DNA of 64,000 nt from a phage: NCBI GenBank assembly GCA_012646185.1, contig GCA_012646185.1_4706.1; one strand, given 5' to 3'. The notes below the pieces were generated by a model. The model made no database searches. It was not told the DNA's origin and saw nothing but the letters and a program-made list of their open reading frames with translations. The number at the start of each line of letters is the position of its first letter. Positions within the stretch are counted from its first letter, which is position 1. The translations under genes and the position numbers were made by a program. This document shows, in pieces, positions 1 through 9,385 of this stretch.

Positions 1-102
1 TGTCGTGAGGAAGGTTGTGTAACATCTGGTTCATACGCTTTTCGAACAAGGGATAATCATCCCAGTAGCGTGATCCTGATACCCCTACACGATAGGGTTC
101 GC

Positions 103-423
103 TTATCTTCCACCGCGCAATGACTTTACGTTGCGTGCGATAAAGGGTGCAACGTAATCACGGAAATTATGGATCCATCCTTTAATGGGTTGGTTGTCGA
201 GTAAGCACTCACGTACCGAAAACGTACTTACTTCTAATACACCAAACTGTAGTCGCCAATAGCGATTGATTTCAGCTTGGGTATGTTCTAATGTCATGTA
301 CTCAGGAACACGAGCCAATAGGTCGTGTTTGAATTGCTCAGCAATCGCTGGTTGATGTGACGCAATTGTCTGCGTGATAACATCAATCAGTTCATGTGCA
401 TGCTTGATAGCAGGTGCGGTCAT
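103..423 (-). CDS. hypothetical protein (106 aa)
   Basis: ORF with ATG start directly downstream of the recombinase gene stop; no recognisable motifs. Confidence 0.45.
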   Translation of the reverse strand: MTAPAIKHAHELIDVITQTIASHQPAIAEQFKHDLLARVPEYMTLEHTQAEINRYWRLQFGVLEVSTFSVRECLLDNQPIKGWIHNFRDYVAPFIARNVKSLRGGR

Positions 424-435
424 TTATTTAGCCTT

Positions 436-1926
436 TTATTTTTTACTCGGACGATTCAATGCGGGTACCGGGTTCTTTGGTTGTTTTGTCTTTTCATCCA
501 TCCAGTACGGGAAGTACTCACCAGTACGCATACGCAATAAGTCCATTGTGGACAGGAACGGCAGCGGGTTAGGATCGTCCAAATACGTCCAGTAACCACG
601 CGTGTTTAACAATACATCCCAATCGAAACCTTTTGCTTTAAGATCGTCGTACAGTTCCTGTGGGGTGCAATACAGCTGTGGGTTTTCGTAAACCTCTTGA
701 CGCCAGAGATTATGCATCTGACACAGCTCCGACGTGATTTCCAGAGCGCGCTGTAAATACTCATCCTCTTCGCAAAGAGAACGAATGGTCGTACGCTGCA
801 ACGCAACATCCGGATAAATATCCAAATATACCGTTGAAGCACCATCAGCTGATTTACCACCTGACGCATGCATACCCCAACCACGCATCCAATCTTTATC
901 ACGCAGGTAGTGGTATTCTGTTAATGATGGTTTAACCCCTTCGCTCTGACTAACCACAATCGGGAACGGTAAGCCGGTGGGTCCGTTTTTAGCACGCATG
1001 TTGAAGACTTGAATCAACTGCAGATCGGTATCCCCGATAAGGTTGTCACCAGGCCCACGCGGATAAAGGACGCGTTTATCGGCGTTCTGAAGAATCGTCA
1101 GTTTATCGATTTTCCAGAGGTTATTCGTATAAAACGTGAAGCGTTCCGGGACGTTCTTAAACTTCTCATCGCCCTTAAACCCTTTCAGTTTTCGTACCGG
1201 CTGCTGTCCCGGCATACCACCGACGTTTACACCGTCACCAAGGTGGGCGGTCATGGTAATGTAGATACCCGCCGACGCTGTGAGTACTGGCATCTGTGAT
1301 AAAATCTGGCTTTTTGCTGCTGCTGAACGCATCGCTTCAGCATTCAGTTTTGCACCACCGGCGGTTTCTTTATCAAACAGTGCATCAACAGCATCGATTG
1401 GTAATCCAGAGAAACTGTCGATGAGTACAACGGTCGGCAACCACCAGGTATAGTTCTCACCATGTTTATTAATAAACGGAACGGCTTTGCGTTGAGATTT
1501 ATCTTTGACCTTGTCGTCACGGAATTTCTTAATCGCATCAAACCAAATGTTACCGCTCATCTGAACAGCATCGGTGATAAACACACGTTCTTCTTCGAAA
1601 AGATCGACACCTGCGATATTAGACATGTTCATCGCAAGCGTTAAGATACGTGTTGTCGTTAACGACATTTCTGTGTCGTAAACGCTACTATTGCTGTTTG
1701 CGTAACGATCGATAACGCGTAACAAGCGAAACATTATGAACGTGGTTTTGTTCATGTTGCCGCGAGCGCCTGCGCCCTCAACAAGCATCATGCCGCCGTT
1801 ACAAATGCTTTCACCGTGTTTACCGACATAGTACCGACCACCAGATGTGGGAATATCCATTAAGCAACCAATGTTGAGATTAAAACGCATCTCTTCACCA
1901 GGAGAAAGGTACTTATTAAGATTCAT
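436..1926 (-). CDS. UvsX/RecA-family recombinase-like ATPase (496 aa)
   Basis: RecA-fold motifs in UvsX-like order: GGMMLVEGAGARGNMNKTTF (P-loop with K-T but no G before K, as in T4 UvsX GPSKSFKS), YDTEMSL, Walker-B-like TVVLIDSFSGL; AAGGAG SD upstream of ATG; ~100-aa C-terminal extension of unknown function. Confidence 0.6.
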   Translation of the reverse strand: MNLNKYLSPGEEMRFNLNIGCLMDIPTSGGRYYVGKHGESICNGGMMLVEGAGARGNMNKTTFIMFRLLRVIDRYANSNSSVYDTEMSLTTTRILTLAMNMSNIAGVDLFEEERVFITDAVQMSGNIWFDAIKKFRDDKVKDKSQRKAVPFINKHGENYTWWLPTVVLIDSFSGLPIDAVDALFDKETAGGAKLNAEAMRSAAAKSQILSQMPVLTASAGIYITMTAHLGDGVNVGGMPGQQPVRKLKGFKGDEKFKNVPERFTFYTNNLWKIDKLTILQNADKRVLYPRGPGDNLIGDTDLQLIQVFNMRAKNGPTGLPFPIVVSQSEGVKPSLTEYHYLRDKDWMRGWGMHASGGKSADGASTVYLDIYPDVALQRTTIRSLCEEDEYLQRALEITSELCQMHNLWRQEVYENPQLYCTPQELYDDLKAKGFDWDVLLNTRGYWTYLDDPNPLPFLSTMDLLRMRTGEYFPYWMDEKTKQPKNPVPALNRPSKK

Positions 1927-2024
1927 TGGGTAAAGACTCCTTCGATTCTTCGACTAATTCTTAGTGTTCAGAGAATAACTATTTTTAGTTAAGACTGACA
2001 ACCGCTATTTCCACGAGGACAATC

Positions 2025-2867
2025 ATGCATAAATTTACCATTCCTGAAGACCCGATTACACTGCAGACCCTTTGGGATTCACATCGTGCTTTATCAATGG
2101 AAGGCTTTGCGCAAGACTTCGCTTCACTTACCGCAGTAACGAACCTTCGTAGTATGTTTACTAACGGTAAGAAGTTCGTTACCGATTGGCTTAAAAAACG
2201 TGATGAGACGGTTTATCCTAAAGTCTTCGATGACCTCGACACCATCTTTAGCAACAACGCTTACAGCGATCTCATTGGGTATCGCGCTTTTATTCCGAAT
2301 GGTTTAAATGCGCCGATGTCAGATTATGTTGTTGCTTTAACCCAGAGTCTGGATAGCGTAATTGGCACCATCCTACCTGATTTGGATAAGTTGACCGTAA
2401 CGTGCGCTAAAGCCGTCAACGACGTTAACTTCCGCCGTAGTAGTGGTATGGCTCAAACGCTACCTAAAAACGATCCAGAGAACGTTCTAGAGACGTTACG
2501 TGCGATGTTCAAACAAGGGACGGTAACACAGACCACTGTAGGCCGTGCATATAAGAACGAAGACGATATTCGTCAGATCGGAAAAGATCTGGATGCTTCC
2601 CGTATCCGTGCGCTTGACGTTAATCCTAAAGACGTGAAGAAGGCAATCGAACGTTTCATGGAGGTGGCTGACCGTTTAACCGAAATCCTGGTTCAAGACT
2701 ACAACGAAGGTGCGGTGAGCAACGCGATGATTCGCGATATTAGCGACGCTATCTACCAAACAGCCAAGCAGGCTGAACTGTACGCGTTTCTCGTGAACGC
2801 TTTGGCTGAGGCGATCATCGCATATAACGATACCTGGGACGCCGTTAAAAAGAACGCGAAAAAATAA
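2025..2867 (+). CDS. hypothetical protein (280 aa)
   Basis: ATG preceded by GAGGA SD; followed by a strong hairpin. Confidence 0.6.
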   Translation: MHKFTIPEDPITLQTLWDSHRALSMEGFAQDFASLTAVTNLRSMFTNGKKFVTDWLKKRDETVYPKVFDDLDTIFSNNAYSDLIGYRAFIPNGLNAPMSDYVVALTQSLDSVIGTILPDLDKLTVTCAKAVNDVNFRRSSGMAQTLPKNDPENVLETLRAMFKQGTVTQTTVGRAYKNEDDIRQIGKDLDASRIRALDVNPKDVKKAIERFMEVADRLTEILVQDYNEGAVSNAMIRDISDAIYQTAKQAELYAFLVNALAEAIIAYNDTWDAVKKNAKK

Positions 2868-2875
2868 CATAATAA

Positions 2876-2911
2876 CCCACCCTACTACCCCGTTAAGGGC
2901 GGTAGGGTGGG
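2876..2911. terminator. GC-rich hairpin between convergent genes (CCCACCCTAC...GTAGGGTGGG)
   Basis: 10-bp perfect stem read directly from sequence, lying between the stops of the 2025..2867 and 2919..3350 genes. Confidence 0.55.
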
Positions 2912-2918
2912 ATAAGGT

Positions 2919-3350
2919 TTATTTGCCGTATAGTTGTACCACTCGTTGTGTCGTAGGAACGCAGACTCTTACCAGAAGCTTTTTAATCTCCTGACGAATC
3001 GTTGCTTTATCGTCATAATAAAGCCATGGCGGAACGCGTTGCATTATGCACTGCACGGCTTCATCGTAGTTCGTCGTCCCATTAAGTAACGTCTCACTAT
3101 CCAGATCTTTCCACGCAGTAATACCAAGTCGCGCAGCAAACATCAACGCTGAAACCGACTCAGCTATCTCCAATCGCTCATTCATATCCGCAAGACCTTT
3201 TAGCATGATGTAATTATCATCATGCTGATGTAAGGTGCCATACAAACTTCCGAAGAGAAGTATACGTTTAGCTTTTGCGGTTAAGAGGAACGATAGGAGA
3301 GCGTGTTTCAACGGTTGTTTCTCACGTTCTACCTGTTCGACCATCACCAT
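2919..3350 (-). CDS. hypothetical protein (143 aa)
   Basis: ATG with GGAG SD; 4 nt downstream of the RNase H gene stop. Confidence 0.55.
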   Translation of the reverse strand: MVMVEQVEREKQPLKHALLSFLLTAKAKRILLFGSLYGTLHQHDDNYIMLKGLADMNERLEIAESVSALMFAARLGITAWKDLDSETLLNGTTNYDEAVQCIMQRVPPWLYYDDKATIRQEIKKLLVRVCVPTTQRVVQLYGK

Positions 3351-3353
3351 TGA

Positions 3354-4880
3354 TTACTCCAACACATAACGTGGGTTACTGTATATGTTAGCCCATATAC
3401 CAACGTCGGCACCTGACTCAATAATCACGGCGAAACGAAACGCAACATCAGACTCACGATAAGTTACCGCGTACGCTTTCGTTTCCGGTGATGCTAAATA
3501 GCTCAAGTTCAGACGTTGAGGCAGGTCTAACCCCAAGGACATGGTACAAGACGTAACGCCCTGCTTATCGGGGTTCAGTCTGTAATTCACGTCCACCTTC
3601 AAGCTTTTCGTAACCTGCGTAATCGCACTATGCACTTTGGTAACCGTTTTGCCTTTCTTATCCTTTTCTGTTTCGAAAAGAACGTCGGTAATTTCGGTTA
3701 CAACCAGACGCGGTGTGGATTCGCGGTTAGCGTCAAGCCATTCATCCAGTAACGTCTTTAAGAAGTTCAAGGAATCAATTGCACGCCAAGCAAGGTTAGG
3801 CGGGTTGCACGCTTCCATTAAAATGGCTGTGTTCGATCCACCTAGCGGAAGATGCACGCTCTTACCGAGGCCTGTCGGACGCATCGTAAGATCGCACTCA
3901 CCCTCAAGAATATCGCGATGATATTGACGATGATGAAGGTTATCCGTGTATGCGATATACACTGACTCCGTTGTCCCATGCTCTAATACCCGAGATGCAT
4001 GCGTACGCATAATCTCAACAGCATCATCCGGCTTGCTTAGATAGATAACACTGTACGCACTATCGCTAATCCTTTTCCCTAACTCAAGACGTCCCTTGTT
4101 GTCTTTATCAGTGTTACCACCGAAATAGATGTAGCGGCCATCTTTCGCACGCTCTTGCTGCTGGTTGGTGGTAAAGTAGCAGCGTGAGAACGTAAAGAAC
4201 GGGCTTATTTCCGGTTCGGGGCTCCAATACCCCTTAGCCGGAAGTTCGCGGCGTATTTGGGTTCTTACAGCCCAGTCCTGGTTTTGTGACAGATATGTTC
4301 CACGCGTTGCCAGCATATCCGCACGTTCGTTACCAACATTGCCCTCATGTCCAGGAACGTAGCGCAGCGAAATATCGATAGCGTCACGCTTCGCATCCCT
4401 TATCGCGCTATCGAGTTTCCGCCACCGTTCCGCATTCATTAACGGTTTATTGTCGGATTTAACCCAGTTGTTCTCTCGCCAGTTAGCAAGATGGTTGGTG
4501 GCACCTACAACAACATATTGGCTGTCCGACAACAGCTGGATCCGTTTTGCCCCCTTTGCTTTTCCAAGTTCAATCGCACGTATTGCAGCATCCAACTCAG
4601 CCTGATTGTTCGTTACGTTGAAACCCAAAGCCTCTAACTCATCCACGTATTCCTTGGGTTCGACCAGCACAGCGTCTTTAGGAAAGTCGAGTTTAGGGTC
4701 AACATAACCGTATTGCGTTGGTTTGGGCTTCCCGCTTTTTGAGGGTTCCAAGGTGCCTTTTATTTCTTTCACCATATCGTAGGTGTAGCCGTGCACGCCA
4801 TAGCCACCATACCCACTCGATGTTGGACGGGATCCTCCATCGCAGTAGAAAACGGCACCAAGCTCAGTATTTCCTGCCAT
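3354..4880 (-). CDS. rnh: RNase HI-domain protein with ~300-aa C-terminal extension (508 aa from second ATG)
   Basis: N-terminal RNase HI catalytic motifs in canonical order: FYCDGGS (Asp), NNQAEL (Glu), LSDSQYV (Asp), GHEGNVGNERADMLA (His/Asp), with an insertion after strand 1; second in-frame ATG (4880) has GAGGT SD whereas the first ATG (4892) has none. Confidence 0.8.
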   Translation of the reverse strand: MAGNTELGAVFYCDGGSRPTSSGYGGYGVHGYTYDMVKEIKGTLEPSKSGKPKPTQYGYVDPKLDFPKDAVLVEPKEYVDELEALGFNVTNNQAELDAAIRAIELGKAKGAKRIQLLSDSQYVVVGATNHLANWRENNWVKSDNKPLMNAERWRKLDSAIRDAKRDAIDISLRYVPGHEGNVGNERADMLATRGTYLSQNQDWAVRTQIRRELPAKGYWSPEPEISPFFTFSRCYFTTNQQQERAKDGRYIYFGGNTDKDNKGRLELGKRISDSAYSVIYLSKPDDAVEIMRTHASRVLEHGTTESVYIAYTDNLHHRQYHRDILEGECDLTMRPTGLGKSVHLPLGGSNTAILMEACNPPNLAWRAIDSLNFLKTLLDEWLDANRESTPRLVVTEITDVLFETEKDKKGKTVTKVHSAITQVTKSLKVDVNYRLNPDKQGVTSCTMSLGLDLPQRLNLSYLASPETKAYAVTYRESDVAFRFAVIIESGADVGIWANIYSNPRYVLE

Positions 4881-4930
4881 TGTAAACCTCATTAATCATT
4901 GTCCGTATGATAGCCCAAAGTTGTACGGTA

Positions 4931-5482
4931 TTACCGATTACCGTCGGTTGACGTCGGTTGATCGCGATTGACTTTCATTGACCGCAGTTTTCCACCGTTA
5001 ATTACGCATTGATTGCGTTGTTTGGCGGAGGTCAGACTATTGCAGACGTAATAGGTATCGATAAAACGTTCAACGCGTTCTTGAAACTCCCTCTCGTCAA
5101 CTTTATCTTTTTCAAAGGTTCGTAACGCTCGATCAACCTCACCCTGGAGAATCCGGTTCTGTTCAACCATACTGTCGATTAAACGGCCTCGTACTTCGTT
5201 CGATGTGTAAAGTTGACGAATCAGTTCTCGGTTGGTGTCTCGCGCATAACGCAATGTTGCATTTTCCTGACGTAAACTACTCACGTCAGCCATCAAGGTA
5301 ATGATTTTTTCGCCAGCGAATAACGTCACGATACCCAATACGATGAAAAAGCCCGTAATCAAGAATATCGAGGACTGTCGAGCTCCATCTCGACGATAGC
5401 GTGTGGGCGGTCGCTTACTTCGCCGAAACAACTCGCGAAGAAAAGGGAAAAGCCAGGGCAACGCCTTGAGTGTAGTAAACAT
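4931..5482 (-). CDS. membrane-anchored coiled-coil protein (183 aa)
   Basis: Internal ATG with AAGGA SD chosen over the unsupported upstream start; hydrophobic segment IFLITGFFIVLGIVTLFAG followed by heptad-rich charged region. Confidence 0.5.
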   Translation of the reverse strand: MFTTLKALPWLFPFLRELFRRSKRPPTRYRRDGARQSSIFLITGFFIVLGIVTLFAGEKIITLMADVSSLRQENATLRYARDTNRELIRQLYTSNEVRGRLIDSMVEQNRILQGEVDRALRTFEKDKVDEREFQERVERFIDTYYVCNSLTSAKQRNQCVINGGKLRSMKVNRDQPTSTDGNR

Positions 5483-5536
5483 GCGTGTGTCCTTGATAGT
5501 ATGAAATTTCCAATACAACTTAACCGAGGACGTCGA

Positions 5537-6877
5537 ATGATTAGTATTTTTGGTTTTTATACGTACAAAGGGTACGCTAATAACCACCCAAAAACCACGG
5601 CGAAATTCGGTGAGTTCAGTCAGCACAGTGCTACGTTCAGTCGCGAAATCGGCATCTATACCAACACGGCGTACGCACGTACGACCTTATTAGTGTTGAA
5701 TGCCGAAAACGAAGCTGGTGAAGCACAAACGCTGAATGACGACACCGCAGGCCGTATTCTTCAGGTTGGTCAATGGTTGCTGGAAAAAGCCGCATCGGGC
5801 GAAATCCAGGAAGACCGAGACCAGGTTATCAGTTACCTAAAAGACGACTTCACAACGTATCTGGATTCTATCGACATCCCAACACCCACCACCGATGGTA
5901 CAGTCTATCTACCGGCGTGGATCAGTTTCAAGATAACCGCCACCGGCGATGTCGTCAAGATTTGGTTGTCTGATAGCGTATTCCAAAGTCAATATCCAAA
6001 ATACGAATATGAAGTCGTTCCCCCTGTTCCTAAGGATCAGTTAGATACCTTCTTCGAAGATCTGGCAACATTGAAGAAACTGGTTGACAGTCGAAGCAGC
6101 GAGAAACTGACCGAAGAAATCAACGAGGTGCGCGACCAATTCCCAGACACACAATTGTGGACGAAAACCTATAAAGCGTACGATTACACCGACGATTCGA
6201 AATACATTAATACCGATTGGACGGTGATTATCTACGGTGCAGCAGGTAACAACATTGATAATATCAAGGAGTTCCTGCAAAACTGGATTCTTAGCAATAG
6301 TACGCATGGACGTCCAGACTGGGAAATCGTTCTGCCGGATCTTTTTATCCCGACAGAACACATCTTCATTCCAATCTGGAACCGCCACAGTGCGCCAGAA
6401 ATGACCAATCAGGCACGTATCTATAGTCCTATCTTCGATGATTCGTTGATGGATACCTACCTGAAAAACTTTGCTGATGGTTACGGCGAAACCGCCGAAG
6501 TCCGTAAATCGCTTCAAGCGGTGCCGACGTTGTGGCGCTCGATCGGTTTCTTAAGCGTTGGTAACTCACGTAACCGAGACGGTAAACTTAAGTTCTACGA
6601 TCGTTGGCCGCAATACGCGCTCATCAGCACAACCAGCATCGATATTAACCGTATCGATGATGCGACACGTGAATTCATCACGTTCACTTACGAAATGCTG
6701 AAACTGGCAGAATCGCTGACCGAAGACGACCCGGTACCGTTGGGTTATAGTCGTGTTACGCGTGGTAGCAATAGCTTCTTAGCGAAAAGCCACAACGATG
6801 TTCAGTATCTCTTCTTAACAAAAGAAGCGTTCCTGAAGAAAATGCCGGATGAAGCCGACACGCCTGTTGGAGGTTGA
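5537..6877 (+). CDS. hypothetical protein (446 aa)
   Basis: ATG at 5537 has GAGGA SD (the ATG at 5501 has none); stop lies 3 nt before the next gene start. Confidence 0.55.
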   Translation: MISIFGFYTYKGYANNHPKTTAKFGEFSQHSATFSREIGIYTNTAYARTTLLVLNAENEAGEAQTLNDDTAGRILQVGQWLLEKAASGEIQEDRDQVISYLKDDFTTYLDSIDIPTPTTDGTVYLPAWISFKITATGDVVKIWLSDSVFQSQYPKYEYEVVPPVPKDQLDTFFEDLATLKKLVDSRSSEKLTEEINEVRDQFPDTQLWTKTYKAYDYTDDSKYINTDWTVIIYGAAGNNIDNIKEFLQNWILSNSTHGRPDWEIVLPDLFIPTEHIFIPIWNRHSAPEMTNQARIYSPIFDDSLMDTYLKNFADGYGETAEVRKSLQAVPTLWRSIGFLSVGNSRNRDGKLKFYDRWPQYALISTTSIDINRIDDATREFITFTYEMLKLAESLTEDDPVPLGYSRVTRGSNSFLAKSHNDVQYLFLTKEAFLKKMPDEADTPVGG

Positions 6878-6879
6878 TT

Positions 6880-7506
6880 ATGGCTGTAACACGCATGACG
6901 CCAAGTCCCGGTGCGGTCGGGGTATTCACAGTATCAGCGCCGTTTACCGTTGGTGCGTCAACGCTATATACCGTTACAGCGTTGCGAAGATTCAGCGAAG
7001 TCATCGGTAGTGGAATCGATCTATTTGCGGAACTGTACGAACCGTTATCAATAGACAAATCCACATTCGAAGCGCATCTCGAAGCGAATGCTTATCTCGT
7101 CACGTTGCAACCGGATTACGGTGCACCCGTACTGGTACCTGATACGTATATCACGTCGTACCCAAAGAACGATTCCTTGCGGTATCGTCGCATTATTCTG
7201 GGTATCGATTTCGGGCCTCTTCCTCCCGGTCTTGACCTTTCGTATTTAACAACGATATTGAAAGGTAAGGCTAGTGATATTCTTGGTGTCGAACCTGAAG
7301 TTAAAACGATGGAAATCACTCTCGATGATACCGTTACTCAGGAACAACATCAGATAAACGAAGCCTGTCGTCAGGCTGCGATAAAAGAGCGGGATACCAT
7401 TTACGCACGCTGTGAAACGCAAGAGAAGCAGATAACGGCTTTACTTGCAACCCAAAAGCAACTTATTAAATTGCTTCAAGACGCCGGTATTAATCCGACA
7501 CCTTAA
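6880..7506 (+). CDS. hypothetical protein (208 aa)
   Basis: ATG with GGAGG SD embedded in the end of the upstream gene (the track start at 6874 is TTG). Confidence 0.55.
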   Translation: MAVTRMTPSPGAVGVFTVSAPFTVGASTLYTVTALRRFSEVIGSGIDLFAELYEPLSIDKSTFEAHLEANAYLVTLQPDYGAPVLVPDTYITSYPKNDSLRYRRIILGIDFGPLPPGLDLSYLTTILKGKASDILGVEPEVKTMEITLDDTVTQEQHQINEACRQAAIKERDTIYARCETQEKQITALLATQKQLIKLLQDAGINPTP

Positions 7507-7512
7507 CATATT

Positions 7513-7544
7513 CCCTCCTCCTTCCCTGTTGGGTTGGAGGAGGG
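7513..7544. terminator. conserved CT/GA hairpin (CCCTCCTCCTTCCC-TGTT-GGGTTGGAGGAGGG)
   Basis: Member of the intergenic hairpin family; lies between convergent genes. Confidence 0.6.
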
Positions 7545-7558
7545 TTATGCCGTCAAGC

Positions 7559-7602
7559 AAAAAAAAAAATGATAGTCACAGGCTCTCCAATGAAGGAGAG
7601 CC
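7559..7602 (-). terminator. hairpin GGCTCTCC-AATGA-GGAGAGCC plus T11 run on the minus strand
   Basis: Downstream of the 7615..8316 stop in minus orientation; the T-run starts ~11 nt after the stem, so this is a non-canonical intrinsic terminator at best. Confidence 0.4.
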
Positions 7603-7614
7603 GTGACCGTCAGT

Positions 7615-8316
7615 TTAAGATGCAGATAATCTCGCGTACTTCTGGCGAACATGGTTCTTACGGCGAACTTCGTCGTCCTCGTCACGCCATTCGAGGTAAG
7701 CAACGAATCGACGTAACTGCGCCGCCGTCATCGTTGACGAGTGGTCTTCTACGTCTAGAACAACGTAACGAACGTCACCAACACCATCACAATCAACGTA
7801 ACTGAATACCAAAAGACCATCACCGTATTCAACGATGGTAACTTCGAATCGTTTATCGAACAAATAAAACAGTTCCGATTCAATGATCATCGGAATGACG
7901 CACATATCAGCACGATTGAGGATTTCCATCATCACCCGTAACGCGCGAGGAGTATGGCGAGCGAACTGGTCGTTAAAACGTTGTTTCATCGCTTGTTCCA
8001 CGCCATCTGTTTTTGTTCCAAACCACGGACGTACTACAGATTTCGGTGGTGTAAGACGAAAGCGATATGCTTGTATAAACAACAGAATATCAGCGACGTT
8101 GGGAAATTCTTCCTGGTCTTCGTATATCTTGCGGATAATATCCGGAATCGTAACCATCAAGTATTTCTTATCGCCTCCCACTTTCTCGAGATTAGCAATA
8201 TGCCCTTCTACCACCGGCTGGTAAATGAAATTATACCAATGACGGTATCTTGCAGTACGTTGGTAGTTTGGGATAAAATTAAGAATAATACTCACTGCGC
8301 GTTTTAACGGGTTCAT
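7615..8316 (-). CDS. hypothetical protein (233 aa)
   Basis: ATG with AAGGA SD. Confidence 0.55.
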   Translation of the reverse strand: MNPLKRAVSIILNFIPNYQRTARYRHWYNFIYQPVVEGHIANLEKVGGDKKYLMVTIPDIIRKIYEDQEEFPNVADILLFIQAYRFRLTPPKSVVRPWFGTKTDGVEQAMKQRFNDQFARHTPRALRVMMEILNRADMCVIPMIIESELFYLFDKRFEVTIVEYGDGLLVFSYVDCDGVGDVRYVVLDVEDHSSTMTAAQLRRFVAYLEWRDEDDEVRRKNHVRQKYARLSAS

Positions 8317-8330
8317 CGAAAGGATCCTTC

Positions 8331-8744
8331 TTATGTTTTAATATGCACATCGTCAATCCCCTCGGTAATCCAGCCGATGGGAAGGACAACCGTTGTTATC
8401 CTGTTATGGGTGTAGTGGTTGAGAAAATGGAAATAGTAATTTTTGTTAGACTGTTCGATCCGTAGGTCGAGGTGCGCGTCTTCAGGTAACCGTAACCAAG
8501 CACCGTACAGCTCATTAAACTTACGCTGAATTTTACCGGGGTTCATTGGAACCCCACGACCACGACGATGTAGCTGACGTAATGATTCAATCAAACACTC
8601 AGAGATACCCGTTGTCGTTCCGTTATCGCTTGTATCAATAACGATGAACTCTCGTGACCCACGACCGAGATAAAACCCAGCGACAAAAGCTGCAGCAACA
8701 AAAATTATCGTACCGATACCAATATACCAATAGTAAGTATCCAT
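8331..8744 (-). CDS. membrane protein with N-terminal TM helix (137 aa)
   Basis: ATG at 8744 with GTGAGGT SD (track start 8765 is TTG); hydrophobic YIGIGTIIFVAAAFVAGFYL. Confidence 0.5.
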   Translation of the reverse strand: MDTYYWYIGIGTIIFVAAAFVAGFYLGRGSREFIVIDTSDNGTTTGISECLIESLRQLHRRGRGVPMNPGKIQRKFNELYGAWLRLPEDAHLDLRIEQSNKNYYFHFLNHYTHNRITTVVLPIGWITEGIDDVHIKT

Positions 8745-8755
8745 AACGACCTCAC

Positions 8756-9283
8756 TTATACCCAATAGTCGGCAAGCGGTTTTACCTTATTAATGGGCAA
8801 CTGTACTTTACCGATGTTCTCTACATCCGCATCAGCGTAGAGAACAATTTTATCATCGTCTCTTTCCCAACGAATAGTAAATCGACCAGGAAGAAGATTA
8901 CTCTGTTCAAGAGACGCAGTAACCTGCTGCGTCAAAACAGACAACCAAGCAGGCATCAATGTTGCAATATCTAAGTCATTTGACCACTCAGCACGTTGCT
9001 CCACTGGGCGTAACATACGTTCGACGGTGCGTTGAACCGTTGCGGTGATATAGCCTTTATCTTCGTCACTGATTGGATCAGGACGAGACACAAAACGTTC
9101 AGCAGGTTTACGGGAAATATGCTCATGCAAATCGATGAGTGGTGTTGTCATAGTACTCGCTCCATCAGAATGTAATTGGGTAACCCGTAGGGTTGTCTGC
9201 ATGCTATTCAGAAGCGCAAAAGCGCCATAAACAACAACGATACCAAGTATAGCCAAAACAGAAATCATTAACGTGTATTGCAT
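8756..9283 (-). CDS. membrane protein with N-terminal TM helix (175 aa)
   Basis: Second ATG has GGGGAG SD at proper spacing; hydrophobic LMISVLAILGIVVVYGAFALL. Confidence 0.5.
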   Translation of the reverse strand: MQYTLMISVLAILGIVVVYGAFALLNSMQTTLRVTQLHSDGASTMTTPLIDLHEHISRKPAERFVSRPDPISDEDKGYITATVQRTVERMLRPVEQRAEWSNDLDIATLMPAWLSVLTQQVTASLEQSNLLPGRFTIRWERDDDKIVLYADADVENIGKVQLPINKVKPLADYWV

Positions 9284-9319
9284 TGTCATCTCCCCCTACA
9301 TACGCATCTTGAAGATCGG

Positions 9320-9379
9320 TTAAAAACAACAAAAGAAAAAACGATATAAAGCAAGGTCCTCTGATATCAGAGGACCTTG
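9320..9379 (-). terminator. 13-bp perfect-stem hairpin (CAAGGTCCTCTGA-TA-TCAGAGGACCTTG) followed by T-rich tract on minus strand
   Basis: Immediately downstream of the 9386..10042 stop; canonical intrinsic-terminator architecture in minus orientation. Confidence 0.6.
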
Positions 9380-9385
9380 GATCAA

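Noticed and set aside
5501-5536. Upstream ATG start for the 5537..6877 gene (track ORF start 5501)
   Set aside because: No SD before 5501, and it would overlap the divergent minus-strand gene; the ATG at 5537 has GAGGA at ideal spacing.
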